Below, in pieces: positions 30,618-42,600 of a stretch of 64,000 nt of DNA; position 1 is the stretch's first letter; every line of letters starts with the position of its first letter. Below the pieces are notes generated by a model that saw nothing but the letters and a program-made list of their open reading frames with translations, searched no databases and was not told where the DNA came from. The stretch is from an uncultured delta proteobacterium (GTDB lineage Bacteria; Myxococcota_A; Polyangia; Haliangiales; Haliangiaceae). The translations under genes were made by a program, and so were the position numbers. The DNA lies in contig CAWKDB010000010.1 of NCBI GenBank assembly GCA_963848295.1, positions 2,592,001-2,656,000 on the forward strand. Reading direction: 5' to 3'.

Positions 30618-31631
30618 ATGCAAATCAGCTCCAGCTTCGGCGGTTCGGTCGATGACGCCCAGTGGGCGCACGACACGCTCGAGCGCGAGCGCGAGTCGGT
30701 CACCCATATCTACTTCAAGCCGCCGACCGAGTCCGAGGAGCTGCCGCTCACCTATCCGATGGTTCGCAGCTTCGAGGTCAGCGACGACCGTTTCACGATG
30801 CCGACGTTCCGTCCGAATGCGACGCGGATCTCGCGAACCCACGCGATTCGTCGCGTGACCCCGCCGAGCTACCTGCGCATCGCGCTTGCCGCAGCGTGCG
30901 TCCTGTTCGGGATCATGATCGGCGGCCTGATCGCCTTCGGCGGTCACAGCAGCTCGAACGCCGAGGCCGCCCCGCTCGCGACACCCGCGGCGAAGCCGAT
31001 CGCTGCGAAGCCGACGCTCGCTCCTGCGCCGAAGCAAGTCGCGGTCGCGCCGGTTCCCGCTGCCACCGTCACACCGGCGCCGCCGTCTGCTCCGCCCGTG
31101 ACGCACCCGACGCTCGCCGTCGTGCGGGTCGAGACTCAGCCCGCCGGGGCGACCGCGATGCTCGTCGACGGTGGCAAGACGACGCTGATCGGCACCACGC
31201 CGGTCGACGCCGAGCTCGATCGCACTCGCGAGTACGACGTGATCCTCACGCTCGAAGATCACGAGACGCACATCGAGCATGTCGATCCGAGCACGAACCA
31301 ACACGTCCTCGTGGTGCTCGCCGCTGAAGCAGCCCCTGCGCCCGCGCCCGCACCGGTGCATCATCACCACAACGCGAAGAAGGTCGAGCACACCGTCGTC
31401 GCCGAGAAGCCGGCCGCGACCGGCTCGCTCAAGGTCTCGAGCAAGCCGCCGTGCTCGATCGTCATCGATGGCAAGACCACGGGCCTGACCACCCCGCAAG
31501 CGGCGCTCGTAGTCGCGGTCGGCCATCACGACGTGACGCTCGTGAACGCCGAACAGGGCATTCACCTGACCACCGAAGTCGAGATCAGCGCGGACCGCAC
31601 GACCCAGCTCGTTCAAGACTTCACGAAGTAG
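30618..31631 (+). CDS. Membrane-anchored PEGA-domain protein
   Basis: Single TM (IALAAACVLFGIMIGG), Pro/Ala linker, two PEGA-like repeats (VETQPAGA..GTTPV; LKVSSKPPCSIVIDG..TTP). Confidence 0.75.
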   Translation: MQISSSFGGSVDDAQWAHDTLERERESVTHIYFKPPTESEELPLTYPMVRSFEVSDDRFTMPTFRPNATRISRTHAIRRVTPPSYLRIALAAACVLFGIMIGGLIAFGGHSSSNAEAAPLATPAAKPIAAKPTLAPAPKQVAVAPVPAATVTPAPPSAPPVTHPTLAVVRVETQPAGATAMLVDGGKTTLIGTTPVDAELDRTREYDVILTLEDHETHIEHVDPSTNQHVLVVLAAEAAPAPAPAPVHHHHNAKKVEHTVVAEKPAATGSLKVSSKPPCSIVIDGKTTGLTTPQAALVVAVGHHDVTLVNAEQGIHLTTEVEISADRTTQLVQDFTK

Positions 31632-32295
31632 ATTCGCCCACCGGGGTCGCCCCGATCGGAGCGACGTCGGCGCCGATGATCGCGAGCGCGCCCGCATGAG
31701 CTGCGCTGATCGCGAGATCCTGCACGTGCACCGCGGTGCCGGCGACGACGGCATGATCCGCGATCACCGACACTGTCGTCAGATCGTCGAGTAAGCCGAG
31801 GCCAGTCGCCTTGAGGCACGCTTCCTTGCGGCACCAGATGCGCAGGAACGCGCGGCGATCGGTGCAAGCGGCCTCTGCGGGCGAGAGCACGAGTGGGATC
31901 AGCGCCGTGACGTCGAGCGCCGCCGCGAACCGCTCGATGTCGACCCCAACCGGCGCGTCGTGCGCCACCGCGAGCAGCGCGAGGTCCTCGGCGTGCGACA
32001 GGTTGTGGTGCACGCCATCGAGCATCGGCTTGCCACGCGCGCCGCGCGCGAACCGCAACGCGGCGGGCGGCGCGCCGACGTAGCGAGCGAGCAGGCCACG
32101 CGTCATCGCGTGCTGGACGATGTACGCGTCGCGCAGCTCGGCGGTCGCGAACCGGCGCGCCGCCGCCCGTTCGTCGTCGGACAGCGCTGCCGCGAGTGGC
32201 CCCGGGTCCTGACGACATGCGAACCGCCAGACGTGGACGACGCCGGCGCGCAGAGGCCACGGCTCGGAGGCGTTCGCGAACAGCGTCGCGATCAC
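31621..32295 (-). CDS. Sfp-type 4'-phosphopantetheinyl transferase
   Basis: GARGKP, NLSH, VGVDIE, WCRKEACLKATGLG. Confidence 0.92.
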   Translation of the reverse strand: MIATLFANASEPWPLRAGVVHVWRFACRQDPGPLAAALSDDERAAARRFATAELRDAYIVQHAMTRGLLARYVGAPPAALRFARGARGKPMLDGVHHNLSHAEDLALLAVAHDAPVGVDIERFAAALDVTALIPLVLSPAEAACTDRRAFLRIWCRKEACLKATGLGLLDDLTTVSVIADHAVVAGTAVHVQDLAISAAHAGALAIIGADVAPIGATPVGESTS

Positions 32296-33611
32296 GCCGG
32301 GATGTCTTCGACTTTGCGCACGTCTCGTACCGAGCTGGCGGCGATGAATCCGACGAACAGCACGACGCCCATCACGCTGAACAAGGCTCCCATCATCGAC
32401 GTCACCGACGAGCCCCAGATCGCGCTCGCATCAGCGCGCTCGAATACCGCGGGCACGAGCCGATCGGTGAGGGGGCCGGCGAGCAGGAACGACACCGGGA
32501 TCGTGATGTCGGCGACGAGCCGCATCGTCGAAAGCACGCGGCCCTGCAGGCGCTCGGGCACCTTCATCTGCCAGATCGTCATGATCGACGCGTTGCCGAT
32601 CGTCATCATCACCGCGATCAAGATGTTGAGCCCGCCGAGCGTGTACGGATCGCGCGAGAACCCGTACGCGATGTAGATCAGGCCGAGGATGATCGCGGTC
32701 CACAAGAACTGCTGGATGTTCGAGAACCGCTTGCTCAGCGCGCCGTAGACGAGGCCGCCGAGGATCATCCCGGCGCCGAACAGGCCGTTCGTGACGCCGT
32801 ACGCGCGCTCCGACAGAAAGCTCAGCGCGTAGGGCGCCATCAACACCATGCCGATGCTGATGAAGAAGTTCGCGAACGTAGCGACGAGCAGGAACTTGAA
32901 CAGCGGCTTGTGGTTGTAGATCCAGCGAATGCCGTACAGCGAGTCGCGGAGCAACGACGTGCTCGCTTGCGACTCCCCGGGCGAAGTCTCATCGGGAGCG
33001 GCGGGCTCGGGGTGTGGAATCACCATCGACGCCACCACGAACGTCGCTGCCAGGAACGTGACGAGCTCGCACGCGACCAGGCCGGGCAAGTGGATCAACG
33101 CGATCAACATGCCGCCGATCGGTGGCCCGGCGAGCATGCTGATCGCGCGTCCGGATTCGAGGAAGCCGTTGTAGCGCGGCAGATCCTCGTCGGTCGCCAT
33201 CAGCGGGATCGTCGCGGATAGCGCCGGCCACTGGAACGCATCGCCGATGCTCGCGAGCACCGCTCCCGCCACCACGAGCGGCATCGACAGCTCGCCGAGC
33301 GTCGCTCCCGCGAGCACGATCAGCGTCCCGACGAGCGAGACCGTCGCCGCCGCGATCATCACGCGCTTGCGCGACGACCGGTCGACGATGCTGCCGGCGA
33401 GCGGTGAGGCAATCATCCCCGGGACGGTGTTCGCGAGCAGGAGGGTCGAGAACGCCGAGACCGAGTGGGTGGTCTGATAGATCCACACCGAGATGCCGAA
33501 CCGCGACACTTCGGAGCCGAGCAGACAGCCAGTCTCGACCCCGATCAGCGTCCAGATCGAACGCACGGACGTCGGTCCGCGGTGCGCCCGCGCGCTAGCC
33601 TCGTCATCCAC
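32292..33611 (-). CDS. MFS transporter (DHA3/macrolide-efflux-like), probable product exporter
   Basis: About 12 hydrophobic segments, GSIVDRSSRKR (motif A-like), WQMKVPERLQGRV; 4-nt overlap with the PPTase start. Confidence 0.88.
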   Translation of the reverse strand: MDDEASARAHRGPTSVRSIWTLIGVETGCLLGSEVSRFGISVWIYQTTHSVSAFSTLLLANTVPGMIASPLAGSIVDRSSRKRVMIAAATVSLVGTLIVLAGATLGELSMPLVVAGAVLASIGDAFQWPALSATIPLMATDEDLPRYNGFLESGRAISMLAGPPIGGMLIALIHLPGLVACELVTFLAATFVVASMVIPHPEPAAPDETSPGESQASTSLLRDSLYGIRWIYNHKPLFKFLLVATFANFFISIGMVLMAPYALSFLSERAYGVTNGLFGAGMILGGLVYGALSKRFSNIQQFLWTAIILGLIYIAYGFSRDPYTLGGLNILIAVMMTIGNASIMTIWQMKVPERLQGRVLSTMRLVADITIPVSFLLAGPLTDRLVPAVFERADASAIWGSSVTSMMGALFSVMGVVLFVGFIAASSVRDVRKVEDIPA

Positions 33612-33674
33612 CGGCGTCGATCATACCTGCTGGCGTGCCCCGGATCTGGGCCGTGGTGGTAACGTTGCTCTTCG

Positions 33675-36600
33675 ATGACGACGGCGGATGGGGAGCACCC
33701 TGACCGCATCGAGTTACCCTGCGATCGCTCACGCCCGGCCATCCGCAATGCCACCTGGCAACGGATCGCAGCACGCGTAGGGACGATCGCAGAGGGCCTC
33801 GCGGCGTTCGCCGTGTTTGTCGGCAAGATCGCGAACGCGCGAGACTTCGCGATCGGTCGGGTATCCGGAGCGATCGCGGTCCGGCTCGATCCCGAGGAGT
33901 CGCTGCAAGCGCTCGCGGCTCGGCTCGCGACCGCGCCGACGGTGACCGGGCTCGCACCGTCGACCGACCCGGCGCGCCATCCGCTGTTCGACGTCGGGTT
34001 CGGAGACGGTGATCCGCTCGGCGACTTGCACGTACGGATCACGAGCGACGGCTACGAGCTCTGGTACGACGCGCAGCTGTTCTCGACCGAACGCGCGAAG
34101 CGGCTCGCCGGTGCGCTCGCGCAGGTGTTGCGCGCTCCCGCCGATGCGATCGTCGGGCGAATCTCGCTGCTGTCGCCGGATGAAGCGGCGGAGCAGCTCG
34201 CCGAGCTGTCGACGCCGCGGTTCGGTTGGCCGAAGCACCTCGTGCTCCACGAGCTGTTCGAGGCTCGCGTCGATCAGTCGCCTTCGGCGACCGCGCTCGT
34301 GTTCGGCGACAAGCGCGTCACGTACGCCGAGCTCGACGAACGCGCGAATGCGGTGGCGCGCCGCTTGGTCGAGCACGGCGTCGGCGCGGATGCGATCGTC
34401 GCGCTCGTACTCGATCGCTCGCCCGAGATGATCGTGTCGCTGCTCGCGGTGCTCAAAGCCGGCGGCGCGTACTTGCCGATCGAGCCCGATGTCCCGGCCG
34501 AGCGCATTCGCTACTTGCTCGACGACTCCCGAGCGACGGCCGTGATCGCGAATCACGCGTATGCCGGGGCGATCGACCATCCGCACGTGCTCGTGATCGA
34601 GGCGATCCCCGAGCGCTCGACGACCCGCGTGATGCGGCGCTGCGGCCCGGACGACCTCGCGTACGTCATCTATACGAGTGGCTCGACCGGCCAGCCGAAG
34701 GGCGTGCTGATCGAGCACCGCAACGTCGTCCACCTCGTGCTCGCGGAGAAAGAGGACTTCGCGATCCGCGCGAGCGACGCGTTGATCTTGCTGTCGTCGT
34801 ATTCGTTCGACGCGTCGATCGATCAGATCTGGCTCGCGCTGACGAGCGGCGCGAAGCTCGTGCTCGTCGCCAAGTCGCTACTGCTCGATCCCGCGCAGCT
34901 CGCGCAGCTGATCGCGGCGGAGGGCGTGACTCACCTCGACACCGTGCCGGGGCTGCTCGCAGAGCTCCCTGCCGAGCTGCCGTCGCTACGCCAGATCGTC
35001 GTCGGTGGTGAGACCTGCCCGGTCGCGGTCGCCGCGGCCTGGAGCAAGACGACTCGATTCTGGAACGAGTACGGTCCGACCGAAACGACGGTTGGCTCGC
35101 TGCGCCATCTCGTCGATCGCAGAGACGCCGGCGGGCGCGTTCCGATCGGTCGACCGATCGGCATGACCCGGGTCTACATCCTCGATTGGGGCGGCTGCCA
35201 GGTGCCGATCGGCGTGCGCGGCGAGCTGTTCCTCGGTGGCGCCGGCGTCGCGCGCGGTTATCTGCATCGCGAGGCGCTGACCGACGAGCGCTTCGTCGCC
35301 GATCCGTTCGCAGGCACTCGCGCGCGGATGTATCGCACCGGCGATCTCGTCGCGTGGTTGCCCGATGGCGGCGTCGAGTTCTTCGGCCGCGTCGATAGTC
35401 AGGTCAAGTTGCGCGGGTTTCGCATCGAGCTCGGCGAGATCGAAGCGGCGCTGTTGCGCAATCCCGATGTCTCCGGCGCCGCCGCCAGCATCATCGGTTC
35501 GCCGAACGCTCGCCTGGTCTGCCATGTCGTCGCGAATCGGCCGATCGAGGCCGGCGAGCTGCGCACGTTCCTCGGTCGCTCGTTGCCGGCGTACATGGTG
35601 CCGGACGTGTTCGTCCAGCTCGACGCGTTCCCCCGCACCGTGTCGGGCAAGATCGATCGCCGCGCGTTGCCCGCGCCGACGTTCGCCGAGGCGAGCGTCG
35701 AGCCGCCGGCGAACCAGGTCGAGATCGAGCTATGCGCGATCTGGAGCCGGATCCTCGGGCTGCCGGTCGAGCAGATCGGCGTTACCCGCAGCTTCTTCGA
35801 GCTCGGCGGCCATTCGCTGCTCGTGATGCAGATGCTCTCGCGCATCCGCGATGCGCTCGGCGTCGCGCTCGCGGTCCAGACCGTGCTCGCACAACCGACG
35901 ATCCGCGCGATCGCCGGAGCCATCGCGACCGGTGACAGCGCCACCGCGCCGGTGCCGCGCGCGGCGAGCGGCGTCGCGTTGTCGGCGACATCGGTCCAGC
36001 GCCGGATGTACGTCATCCAGCAGGGCAACCCGCGCAGCACGTCGTACAACCTGCCGCTGCTCTACGAGGTCACCGGCGACATCTCGGAGGCCGCGATCGC
36101 CCGAGCGTGCGCGCAGCTGATCGAGCGCCACGAGTCGCTGCGCACGACGTTCTTCTTCCAGGAAGGCAAGATCCTTCAGAAGATCGCGCACGCCGCGAAG
36201 TTCGAGCTCGAGCGGTTCGAGCTCGGCCCGACCATCACGGTCGACGCTGCCGCCGCGGCGTTCGTCCGCCCGTTCCGGCTCGAGGCCCCGCCGCTGTTTC
36301 GCGCCGCGGTGATGGTCGCCAAGGGCCGCGTCGCCTACCTCGCGCTCGATATGCACCACATCATCTCCGACGGCACGTCGATCGACGTCTTGCTCGAGGA
36401 TCTGCTCGCGCTGATCGCGGACGAGCACGCGGTGTTGCCCGCGCCCCCGCTGCGCTACTTCGACTACTCGGCGTGGCTCGACAGCGATGCGGGCAAGCAA
36501 CGCATCGCGGCCGCGCGCACCTATTGGGCCGGCCAGCTCCGCGACGAGCTCCCGGTGCTCGAGCTGCCGTACGACTTCCGCCGACCGCTGTCGCGCCAGC

Positions 36601-39600
36601 AAGCCGCGGGCGAGATCACGTTCGAGCTACCCGCGGCCACGGTCGAGGCGATCGCGGGGTACGCGCGCAGCCGCGAGGCGACACCGTTCGCGTTTTACTC
36701 GGCGATCTACGCGGTGTTCCTGTCGTGCGTCAGCGGCAGCGCCGACGTCGTGTTCGGGTTCCCGACCGCCGGTCGTCCGCATCCCGACTTCGAACGCGTC
36801 GTCGGCATGTTCGTCAACTCGTTGCCGTTCCGCGCGCGGATCGCCGGTGACGAGACGTTCGACGAGCTGCTGCGTCGCTCGATGACACAGCTGCGCGAGT
36901 CACTGCGCAACGAGGACTATCCGTTCGAAGACATGGTCGGCGATCTGCGCTTGCCGCCGGCGCCGGGTCGCAACCCGATGTTCGACACGATGTTGTCGTA
37001 CGAGGGCCGGATGCCCGACGATTATCGCTCGGGCGATGCGGTGCTGCGCGAGCGCCGCCTCGATCAGCGCGTCGCGCGCATGGATCTCGTCGTCGTCATC
37101 CGCGAGCACGCGAGCGGCGGTTGCAGCATCCGGCTCGAGTACTCGGCGGATCTGTTCGCGCGCTCCACGGTCGAGCGGTTCGCGACCGACTTCTCGGGCC
37201 TCGTCGACCACGTGCTCGCCGGCTCGGTCGACACGCTCGCGCAGCTCCACACCGTCGGCGACGCCGAGCGCGACCGTCTGCTCCATACGTTCAACACGAC
37301 CGCGCACCAGCTGCCGGCGGTACGCGCGGTCCACGAGATCTTCGAGAGTCACGCGACGGAGCGGCCATCGGCGGTCGCGGTCGAGATGGGCGAGCTCCGG
37401 CTGACCTACGCCGAGGTCGAGCGCCGCGCGAATGCGCTCGCTCACAAGCTGCGCGCCAAAGGCATCGGCCGTGATCGCATCGTCGCGATCCAGCTCGAGC
37501 CGTGCCTCGAGATGCTCGTCGGCGTGCTCGGGGTGCTCAAAGCAGGCGGCGCGTTCTTGCCGATCGATCCGGACTATCCGACCGCGCGCAAGACCCACAT
37601 GGTGCGGGACTCGGGCACGCGCGTGCTCCTCACGAAGGGCGCGCTCAGCGCGGACCTCGTCGCCGAGTTCTCGCTCGACGTCATCGATCTCGGCGATGCC
37701 GCGACCTACGCCGGGCGCAACGATCGGCCGACGACGCGGGTCGAACGCGACGATCTCGCGTACGTCATCTATACGAGTGGCTCGACCGGCCAGCCGAAGG
37801 GCACGCTGATCGAGCACCGCGGGCTGCTCAACTTCGCCGCGTGGTACGCCGACTACTTCAAGATCGGGGTCGGCGATGGCGTGTCGAAGTATGCGGGCTT
37901 CGGCTTCGACGCCTCGATCTCAGAGATCGTGCCCTGCTTCATCTCGGGCGCGCGCCTCGTCGTCGTGCCGGCGGAGCTCCGGCTCGCGGTCGACGAGCTC
38001 GACGTCTACTTCGCCGACCACGGCGTCGCGATCGCATTCTTGCCGACGCAGTTCGGCGAGCAGTTCTTGCGCGTGGCGACCAGGCAGCGGCTGCGAGCGG
38101 CGTTCCTCGGCGGCGAAAAGCTCCGCAATCGGCCGACCGATCGCTGCGAGATCATCAACGGCTACGGCCCGACCGAGTACACCGTCGCGGCGACGGCGTT
38201 CCGCGTCGACAAGGGCTACGACAACATCCCGATCGGCAAGCCGCTGTGGAACACGCAGATCGTGATCCTCGATCGCCTCGGCCGGTTGTGCCCGATCGGC
38301 GTCGCGGGCGAGCTGTGCATCGCCGGCGCGAGCATGGCGCGCGGTTACCTGAACCGCCCCGACCTGACCGCCGAGAAGTTCGTCGACCATCCGTTCTCGT
38401 CAGGACGGCGGATGTATCGCACCGGCGACCTCGCGCGCTGGCTCGCCGACGGCAACATCGAGTTCCTCGGGCGGATCGACACGCAGGTCAAGGTCCGCGG
38501 CTTCCGCATCGAGCTCGGCGAGATCGAGCAGGCGTTGCTCGCGTTACCGGGCGTTGCCGGCGCGGTCGTGCTCGCGCGAGACAGCGTCCAGCCGAACGGG
38601 ACCAACGATGTTTCGCTCGTCGGCTTCGTCACCGGCGCCGCGCTCCCCACCGAGGACGAGCTCGCCGCCGCGCTCGCCCGCACGCTGCCGGCGTACATGA
38701 TCCCGACCCGGATCGTCGAGCTCGCCGAGATCCCGCTGACCGCGAACGGCAAGGTCGACAAGCGGATGCTGCCCGAGGTTGCGCTCGACCTCGTCGCGGT
38801 CGTCGGCCCGCGCACGCCGCTCGAGACCGAGCTGCGCGAGATCTACGCGAAGGTCCTCGGCCGACCCGACACATCGATCAGCGTCGTCGCGAGCTTCCTC
38901 GAGCTCGGCGGCCATTCGCTCAAGGCCGCGGTGTTGCTCTCGGCGATCTATCACGCGAAGGGCGTGCAGTTGCGGTTCGCGCAGTTCCTCGAGGGCTCGT
39001 CGATCGCCGCGATCGCCGCGCTGGTCGAGAGCCGCGGCGGCACCGCGGTCGCCGAGGACGTCCTGGCGTTCGCGCCCGCGCCTGATGGCCCATTGCCGCT
39101 GACGTCATCGCAGTTGCGGATCTTCGCCGTCCATCAACTGTCGACGTGGTCGACCGCCTACAACATCCCGTTCGCGTGGCAGCTCGCCGCGACGGTCGAT
39201 CTCGCGCGGCTCGCGCGCGCGCTCGAGCAGTTGGTCGCGCGCCATCACGCGCTGCGCGCCGAGTTCATCGTCGACGACGGCGTGCCGCTGCAACGGTTTC
39301 GCGCGGACGCGAAGCTCGAGGTCGCTCGCCTCACCGTCGAGGACGCGAGCCTGGGCGCGACGCTCGAGCACTTCGTCCGGCCGTTCGATCTCGCGGTCGC
39401 GCCGCTCGTGCGAGTGGCGTTGATCGAGACCGAAGCTCGCCGCGTGCTCGCGCTCGACATCCATCACATCGTCGCCGACGGCCTGTCAGTTCGGTTGCTG
39501 CTCGAGGATCTCGAGGCGCTGTACGCCGGCGAGTCGCCCGCGCTGCCGTCGCCGACGTTCGCGGATTACGCCGCGTGGGAAGCGAGCCCCGAGGGCCGCG

Positions 39601-42600
39601 CGCGCCGCGACGACGAGCGGAGCTGGTGGCTCGAGCGCTTCACCGAGCTGCCGAGCCCGCTCGAGCTGCCGAACGACTTCGATCGCCCGCCGCGGTTGGC
39701 GTTCGACGGCGACGAGGTCGCACTCGAGCTGTCGGCCGAGACCGCGATGCCGTTGGTTGCGCTCGCGAAGGCGCGCGGCATCACGCCGCTCGGCGTATTC
39801 CTCGGCGCGTATGCGGTCGTGCTGTCGCGGCTAGGCAACACGCCCGACGTCGTGATCGGGGTTCCCGCCGCCGGCCGCCACCGCCCGGGCATGGAGCGCA
39901 TGGTCGGGATGTTCGTCAACACCGTGCCGCTGCGCGTGCGGTTGCGCGCCGACGAGCCGTTCTCCGACTTGTGCGTGCGGATCGGCGCCGAGGCGAACGC
40001 GGCGTTCGAACGCCAGTGCTATCAGCTCAACGATCTCGTCGCCGACCTCGGGCTCGCCCGCGATCCGTCGCGCAATCCGCTGTTCGACGTGTTGTTCGCG
40101 TGGGAAGAGGCCGAGCTCGCCGAGATGCAGGGCTCGAGCCTCGGCCTCGTCGAGATCGCGCCGGCGCAAGCGTCGTGCAAGTTCGACCTCGAGCTCACGG
40201 TGCAGAACACCGAGCGCGGCCAGCGCATCGCGCTGCTCTACGCGAAGAAGCTGTTCCGCCGCACGACCGCGGAGCGCTTCCTCGGCAATCTGCGCCGCGT
40301 GCTCGAGACCGCCGCGCGCACGCCCGATGCGCCGGTGCGCGACCTGCGCATGCTCCAGCCGTGGGAGCGCGAGCTGCTGCTCGCCGACATGAACCAGACC
40401 GACGTCGCGGTCCCGCGCGAGGCGACGCTCGTCGATCTGTTCGCCCGCCACGTCCGCGAGCGACCCAAAGCGATCGCGGTCGAGGACGCGGAAGGCTCGT
40501 TCGACTTCGCCGAGCTCGATCGCCGCGCCTCGGTCCTCGCTCACGAGCTGATCGCGCGCGGCATCGGCGCCGACGATCTCGTCGCGCTGACGATGGAGAG
40601 ATCGCGCCACTTGCTCGTCGCGATCATCGGCGTGCTCAAGGCCGGTGCCGGTTACCTGCCGATCGATCCCGAGGCCCCGGCCGAGCGGGTCGCGCTGATC
40701 ATCGACGACAGCGGCGCGAAGCTGCTGGTCTCCGACGCCGGCGGCTTCGGCCTACGCGACGTCCTGCCGTGGAGTCAGCTCGAGTTCGCCAAGGCCAAGC
40801 TCCTGCCGATCCCGGCGCGCGCGCGACCCGAGACCACCGCGTACGTCATCTACACGAGCGGCTCGACCGGCAAGCCGAAGGGCGTGGTGATCGAGCACCG
40901 CAACGTCGTCAACTTCCTCGCTTCGTCCTGCGACGTGTTCGGCATCGACCCGGCGAGCGACGCGATCATGCTGTTCTCGTCGTTCACGTTCGACGCCTCG
41001 GTCGAGCAGCTCGGGCTCGCGCTCGTCGGTGGCGCGCGACTCGTCGTCGCGAAGAAAGACGTGTTGCTCGATCACGACGCGTTCGAGGCGTTCGTCGCCA
41101 AGCACGGCGTGACTCACCTCGACACCGTGCCGCTGTTCCTTTCCGGGCTTCACGCCGAAGCAGCCGATGGGACTCAAGCGGATCATCGTGGGTGGCGACA
41201 TCTGTCCCGTGCCCGTTGCTCAACGCTGGGCGCCCGGCCGTGCGTTCTACAACGAGTACGGCCCGACCGAGACGACGATCACCGCGCTCCGCCACGTCGT
41301 GACGCCCGACGACTTCGCGCTCGCGCGGATCCCGGTCGGCCGGCCGGTCGCGAACACGAAGATCTACATCCTCGATTGGACCGGCAACCTCGCGCCGCTC
41401 GGCGTGCCCGGCGAGATGTACATCGGCGGCGCCGGGGTCGCGCGCGGCTACCTCAACAACCCGCAGCTCACCGCCGAGAAGTTCATCGCGAGTCGCTTCG
41501 TGCCCGGCGATCGGCTGTATCGCACCGGCGACATCGCGCGGTGGACGCGCGACGGCAACATCGACTTCCTCGGCCGCGCCGATAATCAGGTCAAGATCCG
41601 CGGCTTCCGGATCGAGCTCGGCGAGATCGAAGCGGCGTTGTTGCGCCACCCCGCGGTCGCCGAGGCGGCGGTGATCGTGACCGCCAGGGGCGACAAGTCG
41701 GGCGACCGCCCGACGCGTAGCAACGCCGGAGGCGTTGCGGAGGTAGTCGACAAGCGGCTGTGTGGCTACGTGGTACTGCGCGCGACCGCGAGTCCCGCGG
41801 CACTGCGCAGCTTCCTCGCACGCACGCTGCCGTCGTACATGGTGCCCGAGGCCGTGGTGTGCATGGACGCACTGCCGGTCACCACGTCGGGCAAGATCGA
41901 TCGCAAGCGCTTGCCCGAACCGGTGTTCGAAGCGGTCGACGCCGACGACACGCCGCGCACGCTCGCCGAGGAGCGGCTGATCGAGATCTGGGCCGACGTG
42001 CTGAAGCTGCCGCGCCATCAGATCCCGCTCGAGCGCAGCTTCTTCGAGCTCGGCGGTCACTCGCTGTTGATCATGCTGCTGATCTCGAAGATCCAGCAGA
42101 CGTTCACCGTGCGGTTGTCCGCCGGTGACGTGTTCGAGCAGCCGACGGTGCGCGGGCTCGCCGGGGTGATCGAAGCGCACGACCGCGAAGCGATCGTCCC
42201 GATCCCGCGCGCCGGCGAGCGCGACCGCTACCCGTTGTCGTCGGTGCAGCGCCGGCTCTACGCGATCCATCAGACCAACCCCGAGAGCGTGCAATACAAC
42301 ATGCCGACGGTGTTCGCCGTCGAAGGCAAGGTCACGCCGGAGCGGCTCGAAGAGGTCGTGCGTGCGCTGGTCAGCCGGCACGCGAGCCTACGCACGAGCT
42401 TCCACGTCGAGGACGGTGAACCGGTCGCGCGGGTCCACGCGTCGGCGCCGCTGTCGCTGCAGATGATCGAGAGCGACGCCGAGCTCGACGAGCTCATGCA
42501 GCGGCTGATGCAGCCGTTCGACCTCGCGCAGGCGCCGCTCGCCCGGTTGTGGCTCGTGCGGCGCAGCAACGGCGACGAGCTCGTCGTCGTCGACATGCAC

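Noticed and set aside
41135..41150. Programmed ribosomal frameshift
   Set aside because: No recognisable slippery heptamer or shift-prone stop context; a GGG run and a second indel elsewhere favour sequence error.
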